The notes under the pieces are model-generated. The model was not told the origin of the DNA. It made no database searches and saw only the letters and a list, made by a program, of their open reading frames with translations. This document shows positions 20,169 to 31,128 of a stretch of DNA of 64,000 nucleotides, piece by piece (positions within the stretch are counted from its first letter, which is position 1; every line of letters begins with the position of its first letter). Location of the stretch: positions 801 to 64,800 of the forward strand of contig JBLHXF010000014.1 of the NCBI GenBank assembly GCA_047629435.1, in the 5' to 3' direction. Source of the DNA: Yoonia sp. Lineage in GTDB: Bacteria; Pseudomonadota; Alphaproteobacteria; Rhodobacterales; Rhodobacteraceae. The position numbers and the translations under genes were made by a program.

Positions 20169-22855
20169 CCTTTATTGAACCCTGCCAAAGCAGCGGCAAA
20201 CGGGTTGTCAGGATCGATTTTCTTTTCGACCTTCGGCTTGGCTGTGAACTTTTGACGCTCATCACCACCCGTTGCAGGACGCTTGCCTTTGCCCTTAGCA
20301 GGCTTGGCATTGTCACGCTTAGGTCGTGCATTTTCGCGTGCGGCCCGACCAGCCCAAGTGAACGTGTAAAACACCTCCATCTCTGGGGCTTCTTCAGCGA
20401 CCACTTCGGTCACAACGTCGACAACTTTCGCTGTTTCAGCAAGCTTTTCAGCATCATGTACAGCTTCAGGCTTGGGCGCTTTGACTTTTTCGCGCTCGGC
20501 TTTTTCGGCTTTATAACCAAGACCGGCCATCAAATCAGAGAACTGATCAAGCGTCATACCCGTGATCGACAGCATATCTGCGTTGGCTTCAAAACCACCG
20601 CGGCTGTCTTTGTCACGCAGCATGTCAGCCAGACGTTCCAACATATCAATGCGGATCGCACGGGTGCCTGCAGCGCGGTAGCCGGACATGGCGTAGAACC
20701 CATGCACAGCATCCTTGGCGGCGGGTACAGTGACCAAACCTGGGGGCGGGCTTTCTGGGAATTCTGACAGACCTTTGGACAAAGACCACAGCACCAGACG
20801 CAAACGTGTCGGCGCGGGCTTTAGCAAAAGCGGCATAAAGATCGTGAACTGACCAAAGCGAATACCATGCTTGCGCAGGCTGCCACGGGCGTCTTGATCA
20901 AGTGCTTTGACCTCGTCAGCCACATCACCACGCGGCACGATGCCAAAACCTTCAACCAGACGGAAAGCAAAGCCTTTGGCAGTGCCCACAAGCGTCTCGT
21001 CGTTTTTCAACGTCAAAAGTGTCTCCAACCCAGCGGCAATCTTGCGATCGATAAAGTGTTGCAAACGGCGCTGCACTTTGGCCATGACATCGGCACCAGC
21101 CTCGTCATCGACGAATGCCACAACTTCAGGCTTGAGCGGATCAGATCCAGCAGTCAGTTTCCCGACAGCCGCATCGCCCCACATCAGGCCACCCTGTTCT
21201 GTGAAATCCAATTCAGGATCAGGTGCGTTATAAAACCGGTCAGCCAGCAGATGAAACTGCGGCATCAGCGCCTGCGTTGAAGCCTGACGCAATGTCTTGG
21301 CCTCATCGGGGCTACCAGCTTTGTCCATGCGAAAGCGGAAGCCTTCGATTTTGCCTACAAATTCACCTTCTACGGTGACTTCGCCTTTGTCGTTTACGTC
21401 AGCCAACAGGCTCTCCTTCTGTTTGAGCCGGCGAAGCAAAATGCTTGTCCGCCGGTCCACAAATCTTTGCGTCAATGCACCGTGTAGCGCATCTGATAGT
21501 CGGTCTTCTACCGCACGTGTTTCTTCGCGCCAATGGTTTTCGTCACGCAGCCACCCTTTGCGCTGAGCGACATAAGTCCACGTTCGGATATAGGCCAGCC
21601 GTTTGGACAGCGTGTCAATATCCCCGTCAGTGCGGTCAATACGGCGCATTTGCAGCCCAAACCAGTTCGACGACACATGCCCATCTTGGTGCAAGTCTGT
21701 GAAAATCTGGGTCAAAAGCCCCGCATGTTCGCCGCGACTGATACCACGAAAATCTGGAATACGGCACACATCCCACAAAAGTTTAACTGATGGGCCATCT
21801 TTCGCCCGTGCCGCAATAATTTCGTCTGCGGCCAACGCCTTCAGGGCAGCCAAATCGTCGCTTTCGCGCACTCGGGTTAGCAGCGGATCATTGGTGCGTT
21901 CTTCTAACGTTTGGATCAGCCGTTTGGCCGAACCGTATTGTAACCGGCTGTTACGCCAATGTAATTTCTGCACTGGCCGGAACTTATGTTCCATAATTGC
22001 CCGTGCAACCATATCATCCAGCGGCGGTGCCTCGCCTGTCACACCAAAGGTACCGTTTTCCTTAAACCGGCCCGCACGCCCTGCAATCTGAGCCAGCTCC
22101 TCGGGTGCTAAATACCGCATCCTTTGGCCATCAAACTTAGACAGGCTTGAAAAAGAAACATGGGAAATATCAAGGTTCAGCCCCATCCCAATCGCATCGG
22201 TGGCCACCAAATAATCAACGTCGCCATTTTGATACATCTCGACCTGCGCGTTGCGTGTGCGCGGGGAAAGCGCGCCCATAACAACCGCCGCACCACCTTT
22301 TTGACGGCGCAGTAATTCAGCGATCGCATAGACATTTTCAACCGAAAATCCGACAATTGCAGCCCGCGCTGGCATCCGAGACAGCTTTTTTGACCCAGAA
22401 TACGTCAACGTCGACATGCGTTCGCGCCGAATAAACTCCGCCTGTGGAATCATCTGCGCGATTGCGGGTTTCATTGTTTCGGCACCGAGAAACAGCGTCT
22501 CGCGCAGCCCACGGGCATGCAGCAAGCGGTCGGTAAATATATGGCCGCGTTCAGGATCAGCGCAAAGTTGGATTTCATCAACAGCCAGAAAATCGCAGCC
22601 CATGCCATCTGGCATCGCTTCGACCGTGCAAACCCAATACGCGGCACGCGGCGGCACAATACGTTCCTCGCCCGTGATCATCGCAACCACGCCAGGACCT
22701 TTGACAGCGACAATCCGGTCGTAGACCTCACGCGCAAGCAGACGCAGCGGCAGGCCAATCACACCCGTGCGGTGCGACAGCATGCGTTCAATCGCATAAT
22801 GGGTTTTGCCGGTATTTGTCGGCCCAAGAACGGCCGTCACGCGGGAATTTTGCAT
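20165..22855 (-). CDS. SUV3/MgpS-like superfamily 2 helicase
   Basis: LGPTNTGKT, PLRLLAREVY, DEIQ, ATDAIGMGLN, QIAGRAGR. Confidence 0.92.
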   Translation of the reverse strand: MQNSRVTAVLGPTNTGKTHYAIERMLSHRTGVIGLPLRLLAREVYDRIVAVKGPGVVAMITGEERIVPPRAAYWVCTVEAMPDGMGCDFLAVDEIQLCADPERGHIFTDRLLHARGLRETLFLGAETMKPAIAQMIPQAEFIRRERMSTLTYSGSKKLSRMPARAAIVGFSVENVYAIAELLRRQKGGAAVVMGALSPRTRNAQVEMYQNGDVDYLVATDAIGMGLNLDISHVSFSSLSKFDGQRMRYLAPEELAQIAGRAGRFKENGTFGVTGEAPPLDDMVARAIMEHKFRPVQKLHWRNSRLQYGSAKRLIQTLEERTNDPLLTRVRESDDLAALKALAADEIIAARAKDGPSVKLLWDVCRIPDFRGISRGEHAGLLTQIFTDLHQDGHVSSNWFGLQMRRIDRTDGDIDTLSKRLAYIRTWTYVAQRKGWLRDENHWREETRAVEDRLSDALHGALTQRFVDRRTSILLRRLKQKESLLADVNDKGEVTVEGEFVGKIEGFRFRMDKAGSPDEAKTLRQASTQALMPQFHLLADRFYNAPDPELDFTEQGGLMWGDAAVGKLTAGSDPLKPEVVAFVDDEAGADVMAKVQRRLQHFIDRKIAAGLETLLTLKNDETLVGTAKGFAFRLVEGFGIVPRGDVADEVKALDQDARGSLRKHGIRFGQFTIFMPLLLKPAPTRLRLVLWSLSKGLSEFPESPPPGLVTVPAAKDAVHGFYAMSGYRAAGTRAIRIDMLERLADMLRDKDSRGGFEANADMLSITGMTLDQFSDLMAGLGYKAEKAEREKVKAPKPEAVHDAEKLAETAKVVDVVTEVVAEEAPEMEVFYTFTWAGRAARENARPKRDNAKPAKGKGKRPATGGDERQKFTAKPKVEKKIDPDNPFAAALAGFNKG

Positions 22856-22888
22856 CTTTATCCCGATTATATACGGGGGCAACGGCGC

Positions 22889-23443
22889 TTAAAGCGCCTG
22901 CCCCTCCAGTTCCAATTCAAGCCGGTCTGCGGCCTCTTGTATGTCTATGGACCCTGGATTCAACGCCAAAATGGCACGGTACACGTCTAATGCATCTTTC
23001 GGGCGACCCAAATCCTCGAGGATCACGCCAACGCCGCGCATTGCGCCAAAATGCCGGGGGTTTAAAACAAGCGTCTGGCGCAAATCATCCAATGCTGGCC
23101 CCGTCATGCCCAGCAGGAAATACGCAGTTGCGCGGCCATTATACCCTGCGGCAAAATCTGGGGCGTGATCAACCAAGGCGCTGAAATGATCAAGCGCAAC
23201 ATCAGGCGCGCCTGCGCTCAAAGCATCCTTGCCGCGACGCAAAAGCATATCAAAACTCGGTGACCCGCTTTTTTCCCAAATACCCACGATCTGCCGTTCA
23301 ATGCGAGCACCGCCCCCATCCTCGGCGGCAGCCAAGTCATCAAACAATTCGTCCAGCGTGGCACCAACGGCAGGTAAGGAATACCCGACTGTCAGCACAA
23401 GTGCCGTAACGATACATTTGAAGCTGTCTGTTTGCGTGCCCAT
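22889..23443 (-). CDS. Secreted tetratricopeptide-repeat protein
   Basis: Signal-like N-terminus; TPR patterns ALDHFSAL..APDFAAGYNGRATAYF, LVLNPRHFGA. Confidence 0.82.
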   Translation of the reverse strand: MGTQTDSFKCIVTALVLTVGYSLPAVGATLDELFDDLAAAEDGGGARIERQIVGIWEKSGSPSFDMLLRRGKDALSAGAPDVALDHFSALVDHAPDFAAGYNGRATAYFLLGMTGPALDDLRQTLVLNPRHFGAMRGVGVILEDLGRPKDALDVYRAILALNPGSIDIQEAADRLELELEGQAL

Positions 23444-23514
23444 ACTGTTAATGTAGCGTAACAATCGCCACACACCAGAGGGTGCGGGGCGCATATCTAA
23501 TCAAAGGACTAAAA

Positions 23515-23805
23515 ATGACCGACGTCATCACCGAAGCCGTAGCGGCATTAAACGAAAAAATGGGCGGAACCGGCTTTGATGGCTCAGCAAAATTCGTCAT
23601 TGAAGACGAAGGCGCGATCATTATTGATGAAAACGGTGCGCGCGCAGGCGACGATGATACAGACGTCACGCTAACTGCCAGCACCGAGACTTTCAAAGCG
23701 ATTTTAGAGGGTGAACAAAACCCAACAGCGGCCTTTATGACAGGCAAACTGACGGTCGACGGTGACATGGGTCTTGCCATGAAGCTGTCCGGCGTATTGT
23801 CATAA
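23515..23805 (+). CDS. SCP2 sterol-carrier domain protein
   Basis: NPTAAFMTGKLTVDGDMGLAMKL signature. Confidence 0.9.
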   Translation: MTDVITEAVAALNEKMGGTGFDGSAKFVIEDEGAIIIDENGARAGDDDTDVTLTASTETFKAILEGEQNPTAAFMTGKLTVDGDMGLAMKLSGVLS

Positions 23806-23808
23806 GCC

Positions 23809-24744
23809 ATGGAAAACGCGCCTTTCTTTGAAGATATCGCTCAAGGGCCCATCGGTGGCGCCGCACATTGGCTGACAACAGCTGATGGGCTGCGCATTCG
23901 CGTAGGTCACTGGACGGGACTTCATGTGAAAGGCACGGTCCTGCTGTTTCCGGGTCGGACAGAATACATCGAAAAATATGGACCTGCGGCGGCTGATTTT
24001 CTGGCGCGGGGCTATGCGACAGTTGCAATTGACTGGCGCGGCCAAGGTCTTTCTGATCGGACGAGCGATACCTACGCCATGGGTGATGTTGTACGGTTCA
24101 CTGACTATCAACATGATGTGACCGCTGCCGTGGACCATGCCCGCGCGCTTGGCCTGCCAGAACCATTTTACCTCGTAGCCCATTCTATGGGTGGCTGCAT
24201 CGGCCTGCGTGCGCTGCTTAATGGCTTACCAGTAAAGGCCGTTTCGTTCTCTGCCCCGATGTGGGGTATTATGATGCATCCTTTGACACGTCCCATCGCT
24301 TGGTTGGCCTCGGGAGTGTCGCGCAAAATCGGAATGGATCAACGATTTTCCCCGGGTCAAGTTCAGCAAAGCTATGTGACGCGTGTGTCCCATGCGGAAA
24401 ATACGCTGACATCCGATCAGTCGATGTTTGAATTTATGCAAATGCAGATGCGCGAAGAGCCCAAGTTATCAATGGGTGGCGCATCAATGCGCTGGCTCAA
24501 CGAAGCGCTGCGCGAAATGCGGGTATTGTCCCAAATGCCGTCGCCAAATATGCCGTGCTGCACGTTCCTTGGATCAAACGAATCTATTGTGGACCCGTCC
24601 CGCATCCGCGACCGCATGGCCAATTGGACAGATGGCGCGCTTCACCTGCTCGAAGGCGCGCAACACGAGGTCCTGTTGGAAACGCTTGAATTACGGACCA
24701 GTGTTTTCGACACCACAACAGCGCTCTTTGATCGGCACCGCTAA
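23809..24744 (+). CDS. Alpha/beta hydrolase, lysophospholipase L2-like
   Basis: PGRTEYIEKY, DWRGQGLS, AHSMGG nucleophile elbow, HEVLLE. Confidence 0.9.
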   Translation: MENAPFFEDIAQGPIGGAAHWLTTADGLRIRVGHWTGLHVKGTVLLFPGRTEYIEKYGPAAADFLARGYATVAIDWRGQGLSDRTSDTYAMGDVVRFTDYQHDVTAAVDHARALGLPEPFYLVAHSMGGCIGLRALLNGLPVKAVSFSAPMWGIMMHPLTRPIAWLASGVSRKIGMDQRFSPGQVQQSYVTRVSHAENTLTSDQSMFEFMQMQMREEPKLSMGGASMRWLNEALREMRVLSQMPSPNMPCCTFLGSNESIVDPSRIRDRMANWTDGALHLLEGAQHEVLLETLELRTSVFDTTTALFDRHR

Positions 24745-24762
24745 CGCCCTATCTTGGCCCTT

Positions 24763-25761
24763 ATGAGCGATATTTTAACCTTCACCGATCGTGGCATCTA
24801 TTGCCCTGCTGGCGATTTCTACATTGATCCGTGGGAACCAGTGCCGCGTGCGCTGATCACCCACGGGCATGCAGACCACGCGCGCGACGGCATGGGTGCT
24901 TATCTAGCGACCAAAAGTGCAGCGCCCGTGATGCGCCACAGGCTTGGTGATATCAGGCTTGATACAATTGAGTATGGCGAGACACGCCAGATTGGCGGGG
25001 CAGCGGTCTCGTTTCACCCCGCAGGTCACGTGCCCGGATCAGCGCAAATCAGGGTCGAGGTCGGCGGACAGGTTTGGGTCGCATCTGGAGATTACAAAAC
25101 CGTCGACGACGGGCTGTCCGAACCATTCTGCCCCGTTAAATGCCACGCTTTCATCACGGAAACGACGTTTGGCCTACCCATTTTTCGATGGACACCCCAA
25201 GAAATTTTGGCGGATCAAATCAACACATGGTGGGCAACCAATGCTGCAGAAGGGCGATTTTCGATCCTAAACGCCTATGCGCTGGGTAAAGCCCAGCGGC
25301 TGATGCGCGCTGTGAACCCTGACATCGGTCCAATCCTGACGCATGGTGCAATTGAGAACACCAACGACATTTTGCGTGCCCAAGGGATCGCCCTGCCCGA
25401 CACCATTCGCGTCACACCCGATGTAAATGTCAAAGACTACACAGGCGGATTGGTCCTTGCGACGCCGTCTGCGATGTCTGGCACATGGGCGCGGCAATTT
25501 GGGCCTGCGGCCACCGCATTCGCCAGCGGTTGGATGGCCCTGCGCGGTGTGCGCCGCAGACGCGGAATGGAACGCGGTTTCATTATGTCCGATCATGCTG
25601 ATTGGGATGGATTGAACAACGCGATTGCCGCAACCGGTGCCGAGAAGATATTTGTCACCCATGGTTATACCGCACAATTCCAGCGTTGGCTGACCGACCA
25701 AGGCTATGACGCCCATGTTGTATCAACAGATTACGCAAGCGACGGCGAGGATGAGGCATGA
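24763..25761 (+). CDS. DNA ligase-associated metallo-beta-lactamase exonuclease
   Basis: ALITHGHADHAR, AGHVPGSAQ, ETTFGLP, YALGKAQR, SGWM, SDHADW. Confidence 0.92.
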   Translation: MSDILTFTDRGIYCPAGDFYIDPWEPVPRALITHGHADHARDGMGAYLATKSAAPVMRHRLGDIRLDTIEYGETRQIGGAAVSFHPAGHVPGSAQIRVEVGGQVWVASGDYKTVDDGLSEPFCPVKCHAFITETTFGLPIFRWTPQEILADQINTWWATNAAEGRFSILNAYALGKAQRLMRAVNPDIGPILTHGAIENTNDILRAQGIALPDTIRVTPDVNVKDYTGGLVLATPSAMSGTWARQFGPAATAFASGWMALRGVRRRRGMERGFIMSDHADWDGLNNAIAATGAEKIFVTHGYTAQFQRWLTDQGYDAHVVSTDYASDGEDEA

Positions 25762-27347
25762 AACACTTTGCCGCCCTTTACGCCCGTATAGATGAGACCA
25801 CGCGCACCAGTCTGAAAACCGCCGCCCTTGCCGATTATTTCCGGACAGCTCCTGATGACGACAAGCTATGGACCATCGCGTTGTTCACCGGACGCCGTCC
25901 CAAACGGACAATCACGGCAGCCAGGCTACGGGCATGGGCAGGTGAAGTTGCACAAATCGAACCTTGGCTGTTTGACGAGAGTTATGCGATTGTGGGTGAC
26001 TTGGCGGAAACCATCAGTCTTGTATTGCCACCGCCTAAGCAACATCAAGATCGTAACCTGACCCATTGGATTACATACATAAAATCCCTGAAGAGGCTGG
26101 ATGATGGTGGCCGTAAGGCAGGTATTCTTGCTGCATGGGACAGCCTCCCAGACATGCAGCGGTTCTTGTTCACAAAGCTGCTAACTGGCGGGTTTCGGGT
26201 TGGTGTCAGTGCCAAACTGATCACCAAAGCGCTCGCGCAAGCAACCAACCAAGACGCGGCTCAGTTGACCCACAAACTGATGGGCGGTTGGACACCGGAT
26301 ACAACGACGTTTACCAACCTTGTGCTTGCGGATAACCCGCTTGCTGATCTCTCAAAACCATACCCGTTCTACCTCGCACATGGCGTCGGTAATATAGATG
26401 AACTTGGCACCCCAAGCGACTGGAATGCCGAGCGAAAATGGGATGGAATTCGAGGGCAGTTCATCTTACGCGGCGGCACACACCACATTTGGTCGCGTGG
26501 CGAAGACCTGATGACTGACCGCTTCCCAGAGATCGCACAGCTCACTGATTATTTGCCCGATGGGACAGTGATCGATGGAGAAATTCTGGGATTCTTGGAT
26601 GAGAAACCGCTCTCGTTCAACGCATTACAGAAACGGATCGGGCGCAAAACCGTTCCGAAAAAAATACTAACGGATGCACCTGTGATCATCATGGCTTACG
26701 ACTTGCTTGAACATCAGGGTAACGACATACGGCAAACCCCCTTAAAGGTGCGTCGCAAAATTCTGAACGAATTGATTGCAGAAATTCCAACCACCGTACC
26801 GATCAGGTTATCGCAACACGTCACATTTGCAACATGGGACGACCTGCTGATCGAACGGGCCCGCAGCCGCGCATTGAACGCCGAAGGCATCATGCTCAAA
26901 CGCCTTGATAGCCCCTATCTGGCAGGGCGCAAACGCGGCGACTGGTGGAAATGGAAAGTAGATCCGCTTACGATCGATGCCGTGATGATCTATGCCCAAG
27001 CCGGATCGGGGCGGCGTGCCAATTTGTTCGCCGACTACACATTCGCAGTCTGGAACGGCAATGAGCTGACACCATTTACCAAAGCATATTCCGGCCTGAC
27101 CGACGCCGAGTTCAAACAAATCACCGCATGGGTGCGCAAGAACACGCTGCAAAAATTCGGGCCCGTGCGCCAAGTTCCCCCGGAACATGTGTTCGAGATT
27201 GCATTTGAAGGCATTCAGGCCAGTCCGCGTCATAAATCCGGTATCGCCCTGCGGTTTCCGCGCATGCTACGTTGGCGGCACGATAAACCCGTGTCGGAGG
27301 CGAATACATTGGATGATTTGAAAGAGATGCTCGCAACCTATGGCTAA
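25758..27347 (+). CDS. ATP-dependent DNA ligase (PP_1105/cisplatin-response family)
   Basis: Motif I ERKWDG, IDGE, EGIMLK, WWKWK, FEIAFEG, ALRFPR; ATGA overlap with the exonuclease. Confidence 0.93.
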   Translation: MKHFAALYARIDETTRTSLKTAALADYFRTAPDDDKLWTIALFTGRRPKRTITAARLRAWAGEVAQIEPWLFDESYAIVGDLAETISLVLPPPKQHQDRNLTHWITYIKSLKRLDDGGRKAGILAAWDSLPDMQRFLFTKLLTGGFRVGVSAKLITKALAQATNQDAAQLTHKLMGGWTPDTTTFTNLVLADNPLADLSKPYPFYLAHGVGNIDELGTPSDWNAERKWDGIRGQFILRGGTHHIWSRGEDLMTDRFPEIAQLTDYLPDGTVIDGEILGFLDEKPLSFNALQKRIGRKTVPKKILTDAPVIIMAYDLLEHQGNDIRQTPLKVRRKILNELIAEIPTTVPIRLSQHVTFATWDDLLIERARSRALNAEGIMLKRLDSPYLAGRKRGDWWKWKVDPLTIDAVMIYAQAGSGRRANLFADYTFAVWNGNELTPFTKAYSGLTDAEFKQITAWVRKNTLQKFGPVRQVPPEHVFEIAFEGIQASPRHKSGIALRFPRMLRWRHDKPVSEANTLDDLKEMLATYG

Positions 27348-28209
27348 ACCCATCAGCCCCCTACCGCCCGCACCAACGCCACCCATACACGCAGCCCCAG
27401 TTGGGGCATGTGACACCCACGTGCATCTTCTGGCCGCACCAGAAGAATCGCCGCTTTATGCGGGCCGGACTGAAGACACAACTACAACATACGCTGACTA
27501 TTTGGACCGTTACCGTGCGCATCTGACCAACTTGGGTTGTACGCGCTGCGTCATTGTCCAATCGATCTTTTACGGCACTGACAACACCATCACAGCGCGG
27601 GCTGTCGCCGATATGGGTGATGGTTTTAAAGGGATTGGCCTCTTGCCCGACGGCGCAAGTGAACAGGACTTTGATGATTTCGCCGATTGGAACATGAAAG
27701 GGGTTCGCCTGAACTATGTACACGGTGGCGTTCTGACGTGGGACGGCGCGCGGGCCATGGCCCCTGCGTTGGCAGACAGGAACATGCACATCCAAATACT
27801 GATGAACACGGACAAACATATGGCTGGATTAGCGACTGATATTGCTGCCCTGCCCGTCCCTGTTGTTTTTGACCACATCGGTTGGCCCAATCTGACCAAA
27901 GGGGTAAACGACGCAGGCTTTCAAACCCTGTGCAACGCGCTTAAAGATGGCAACGTCTATGTCAAATTGTCCGGCCTCTACCGGTTGTGCGATGCGCCTT
28001 ACAACGACGTGGACGAATTTGTCGCAGCGTTAGTTGAAGCAAACCCAGAACGATGCCTATGGGGGTCTGACTGGCCACACATCATGCTAAACGGGGCGCA
28101 AATGCCCCAAGCATCCACCCTTTGGGACGCCTTCCACCGCGTCGTCACAAATACCGACACACGGACACGTGTCCTTGTGGACAATCCAGCGGCTCTTTAC
28201 GGGTTCTAA
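27340..28209 (+). CDS. Amidohydrolase_2 family lactonase (LigI / sugar-lactone-like)
   Basis: CDTHVH, VVFDHIG, YVKLSG, WGSDWPH. Confidence 0.85.
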   Translation: MAKPISPLPPAPTPPIHAAPVGACDTHVHLLAAPEESPLYAGRTEDTTTTYADYLDRYRAHLTNLGCTRCVIVQSIFYGTDNTITARAVADMGDGFKGIGLLPDGASEQDFDDFADWNMKGVRLNYVHGGVLTWDGARAMAPALADRNMHIQILMNTDKHMAGLATDIAALPVPVVFDHIGWPNLTKGVNDAGFQTLCNALKDGNVYVKLSGLYRLCDAPYNDVDEFVAALVEANPERCLWGSDWPHIMLNGAQMPQASTLWDAFHRVVTNTDTRTRVLVDNPAALYGF

Positions 28210-28263
28210 AGCGACCCATGCGCCACTATATCCAAGTAGATACAACAGATAAGGTTCACGATT

Positions 28264-30081
28264 ATGCGCACCCAAAAGCCCGTTTATGATGCAACAACCA
28301 GCGGCGGCCGTGCCTTTGGCAACCTGCCCGAATGGGACCTGACGGACCTTTACCCAGGCGAAGATAGCCCAGAGTTGATCCGCGATATGGAATGGCTCGA
28401 CACGGCTTGCGCTGAATTCGCAACTGATTTTGAAGGTAAACTTGCGTCCCTTGACGCAGCTGGCATACTGAGCGCCGTACACCGTTACGAGGCGATCGAC
28501 ATCATAGCTGGGCGGATCATGTCCTATGCTGGGTTGCGGTATTACCAGATCACGACCGACAGCGATCGCGCAAAATTCATGGCCGACGCGCAAGATAAAA
28601 TCACCGCCTACACCACGCCGCTGGTGTTTTATGGTCTGGAGTTTAATCGCTTAGATGACGCACACCTGACGTCGCTTCTTGATGCGAACGCGGACCTTGC
28701 ACGCTACAAACCTGTCTTTGACCGGATGCGCGCGATGAAACCCCACCAGTTGTCTGACGAGTTGGAAAAATTCCTGCATGATCAATCAACCGTCGGGTCT
28801 GCCGCATGGAATCGCCTGTTTGATGAAACCATGGCTGGGCTGGAATTTGAGATCGACGGCGAGACGCTGAACCTTGAGGCCACACTGAACTTCATGACCG
28901 ACCAAGACCGGTCCAAACGCGAGGCGGCATCACATGCCCTTGCGGACGTATTCCAAGAGAACATCAAAATCTTTGCCCGCGTACACAACACGTTGGCCAA
29001 AGAAAAAGAGATCGAAGATCGCTGGCGCAAAATGCCAACCCCGCAAACCGGACGGCACCTGTCCAACCACGTTGAACCAGAAGTCGTCGAGGCGCTGCGC
29101 AATGCTGTCGTCGCAGCCTACCCGCGCCTGTCGCACCGCTATTACGCGCTGAAAGCGAAATGGTTGGGTCTCGAACGGATGCAAACATGGGACCGTAACG
29201 CCCCGCTACCGATGGAACACACCCGCACCGTAAGCTGGGACGAAGCACAAAAAACCGTCATGGATGCCTACGCTGACTTTGACCCCAAAATGGCCGAAAT
29301 CGCCAAGCCGTTCTTTACCGATGGCTGGATCGATGCAGGCGTCAAACCGGGAAAAGCACCCGGCGCATTTGCGCACCCAACCGTCACAACCGTGCACCCC
29401 TATGTGATGCTTAATTATTTGGGAAAACCACGTGATGTGATGACATTGGCGCATGAATTGGGCCACGGCGTGCACCAAGTATTGGCCGCTGAGCAAGGCG
29501 AATTGCTATCATCGACCCCGCTGACATTGGCCGAAACGGCGTCTGTTTTTGGGGAAATGCTGACCTTCCAGAAACTGCTTGAAGGGGCCACGACCAAAGA
29601 AGAACGCAAAGTCCTGCTGGCTGGCAAAGTCGAGGACATGATCAACACGGTCGTGCGCCAAATCGCATTCTACGATTTCGAATGCAAATTGCATGCGGCA
29701 CGCAGCATCGGCGAATTGACGCCAGACGACATCAACGCGCTTTGGATGTCCGTTCAGGCGGAATCGTTAGGTGAAGTATTCGATTACGCCCCTGGTTATG
29801 AAACATTCTGGGCCTACATCCCGCACTTCGTGCACTCACCCTTTTACGTCTACGCTTATGCGTTCGGTGACGGGCTCGTGAATGCGCTTTACGCAGTATA
29901 TTCCGAAGGTGATCCTGACTTCAAGGAAAAGTACTTTGATATGCTGCGCGCTGGTGGATCCAAGCACCATTCAGAATTGCTGGCACCTTTCGGATTAGAC
30001 GCATCTGACCCCAAATTCTGGGACAAGGGTCTATCGATGATCGAAGGTATGATCGACGAACTCGAAGCGATGGAGGACTGA
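28264..30081 (+). CDS. pepF: M3 family oligoendopeptidase F
   Basis: LPEWDLTDLY, GKAPGAF, Zn motif HELGH, ETAS, HFVHSPFYVYAY. Confidence 0.93.
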   Translation: MRTQKPVYDATTSGGRAFGNLPEWDLTDLYPGEDSPELIRDMEWLDTACAEFATDFEGKLASLDAAGILSAVHRYEAIDIIAGRIMSYAGLRYYQITTDSDRAKFMADAQDKITAYTTPLVFYGLEFNRLDDAHLTSLLDANADLARYKPVFDRMRAMKPHQLSDELEKFLHDQSTVGSAAWNRLFDETMAGLEFEIDGETLNLEATLNFMTDQDRSKREAASHALADVFQENIKIFARVHNTLAKEKEIEDRWRKMPTPQTGRHLSNHVEPEVVEALRNAVVAAYPRLSHRYYALKAKWLGLERMQTWDRNAPLPMEHTRTVSWDEAQKTVMDAYADFDPKMAEIAKPFFTDGWIDAGVKPGKAPGAFAHPTVTTVHPYVMLNYLGKPRDVMTLAHELGHGVHQVLAAEQGELLSSTPLTLAETASVFGEMLTFQKLLEGATTKEERKVLLAGKVEDMINTVVRQIAFYDFECKLHAARSIGELTPDDINALWMSVQAESLGEVFDYAPGYETFWAYIPHFVHSPFYVYAYAFGDGLVNALYAVYSEGDPDFKEKYFDMLRAGGSKHHSELLAPFGLDASDPKFWDKGLSMIEGMIDELEAMED

Positions 30082-30085
30082 TCGC

Positions 30086-30157
30086 AATGGCGGCGGTGCG
30101 GACAAAGTTAACGTTCGTCTTTTGAATTTCAATGACCGCTTCCAGGTGAGCGTCATT
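30086..30157. repeat. Degenerate 30-nt palindromic units with 15-nt spacer, cluster 1
   Basis: AATGGCGGCGGTGCGGACAAAGTTAACGTT (30086-30115) and AATGACCGCT..AGCGTCATT (30131-30157). Confidence 0.6.
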
Positions 30158-30199
30158 TAAGTAATCGTTGTGAATTTCTCACTTCTGGCACAAGTACAA

Positions 30200-31102
30200 C
30201 TATGTCTCAACTTGAATACCTGCCTTAAAATGCTCACCCGCAAAGGCCATGAACTTGCGGATTGCAGGGCGCACATAGCTTTCTTTCGAGGCGACGAGCC
30301 AGAGCGTGTGATAGAGTTCGTCATGGTGAAAGCACCGTACTAAACCGGGCGTTGCATCACCCGTAACACAGGGCAGCAAACCCAACCCTGCAACGGATTG
30401 GAGGGCTGCGACCATACTGGTGACAGCATTGACTTGATAGAGAATATTCCCGGAGTCGATTTGCCCGTTGAGCCAATCAACCGCTTTCATGCCACTGGCG
30501 ACTTCGTCGGAAAAGACCACGAATTTACGGCCTTTCGCCTCGTTCAATGATCGTGGCGCACCGTATTTTTGGTGATAGGCCGTATTACAATAGATCCCAA
30601 GAGGAATCCGCGCCAGTTTTTTGGCGATTAGCGTATCTCCGGTAAGTTCGTCCAACGGCCGAAGCGCCAAATCGGCTTTGCCCGCTTCTAGTGGTGGTTG
30701 GCTCTTGTCCCAAGCGACGTCAATCGTCAGTTCGAATGAAACATCGGGGTTCTTTTCTCTAAATCTTGAGGCGAGTCCGACACCAAATCGCTGCATCGCC
30801 TCGGCATTTCCAGTAAACCGGATCACACCTTCATCATCACGTGCCAACTGGTCAGCAGCGGTCAGGAGGGATGCTGCAGAAACGCGCATTTCTTTCGCAA
30901 CATCCAAAAGCACCAAGCCTTGCGCCGTCAATTGATAACCACGATTTGTACGTTCAAAGAGTTCGAGATTGAGCGCATGTTCCAAAGCGTCGATACGGCG
31001 CGCAACTGTTGTGTGGTTCATCCCGATGATACTGGCCGCCGCAAGCGACGACCCTTCTTCGGCGACCGTCAGAAACACGCGGATATCGTTCCAGTTGAAC
31101 AT
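30200..31102 (-). CDS. LysR family transcriptional regulator
   Basis: HTH WNDIRVFLTVAEEGSSLAAA..TVARRIDALE..LFER; divergent from the sulfotransferase. Confidence 0.93.
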   Translation of the reverse strand: MFNWNDIRVFLTVAEEGSSLAAASIIGMNHTTVARRIDALEHALNLELFERTNRGYQLTAQGLVLLDVAKEMRVSAASLLTAADQLARDDEGVIRFTGNAEAMQRFGVGLASRFREKNPDVSFELTIDVAWDKSQPPLEAGKADLALRPLDELTGDTLIAKKLARIPLGIYCNTAYHQKYGAPRSLNEAKGRKFVVFSDEVASGMKAVDWLNGQIDSGNILYQVNAVTSMVAALQSVAGLGLLPCVTGDATPGLVRCFHHDELYHTLWLVASKESYVRPAIRKFMAFAGEHFKAGIQVET

Positions 31103-31128
31103 GAGAGCCTCCCGTTCTGATGACACTG

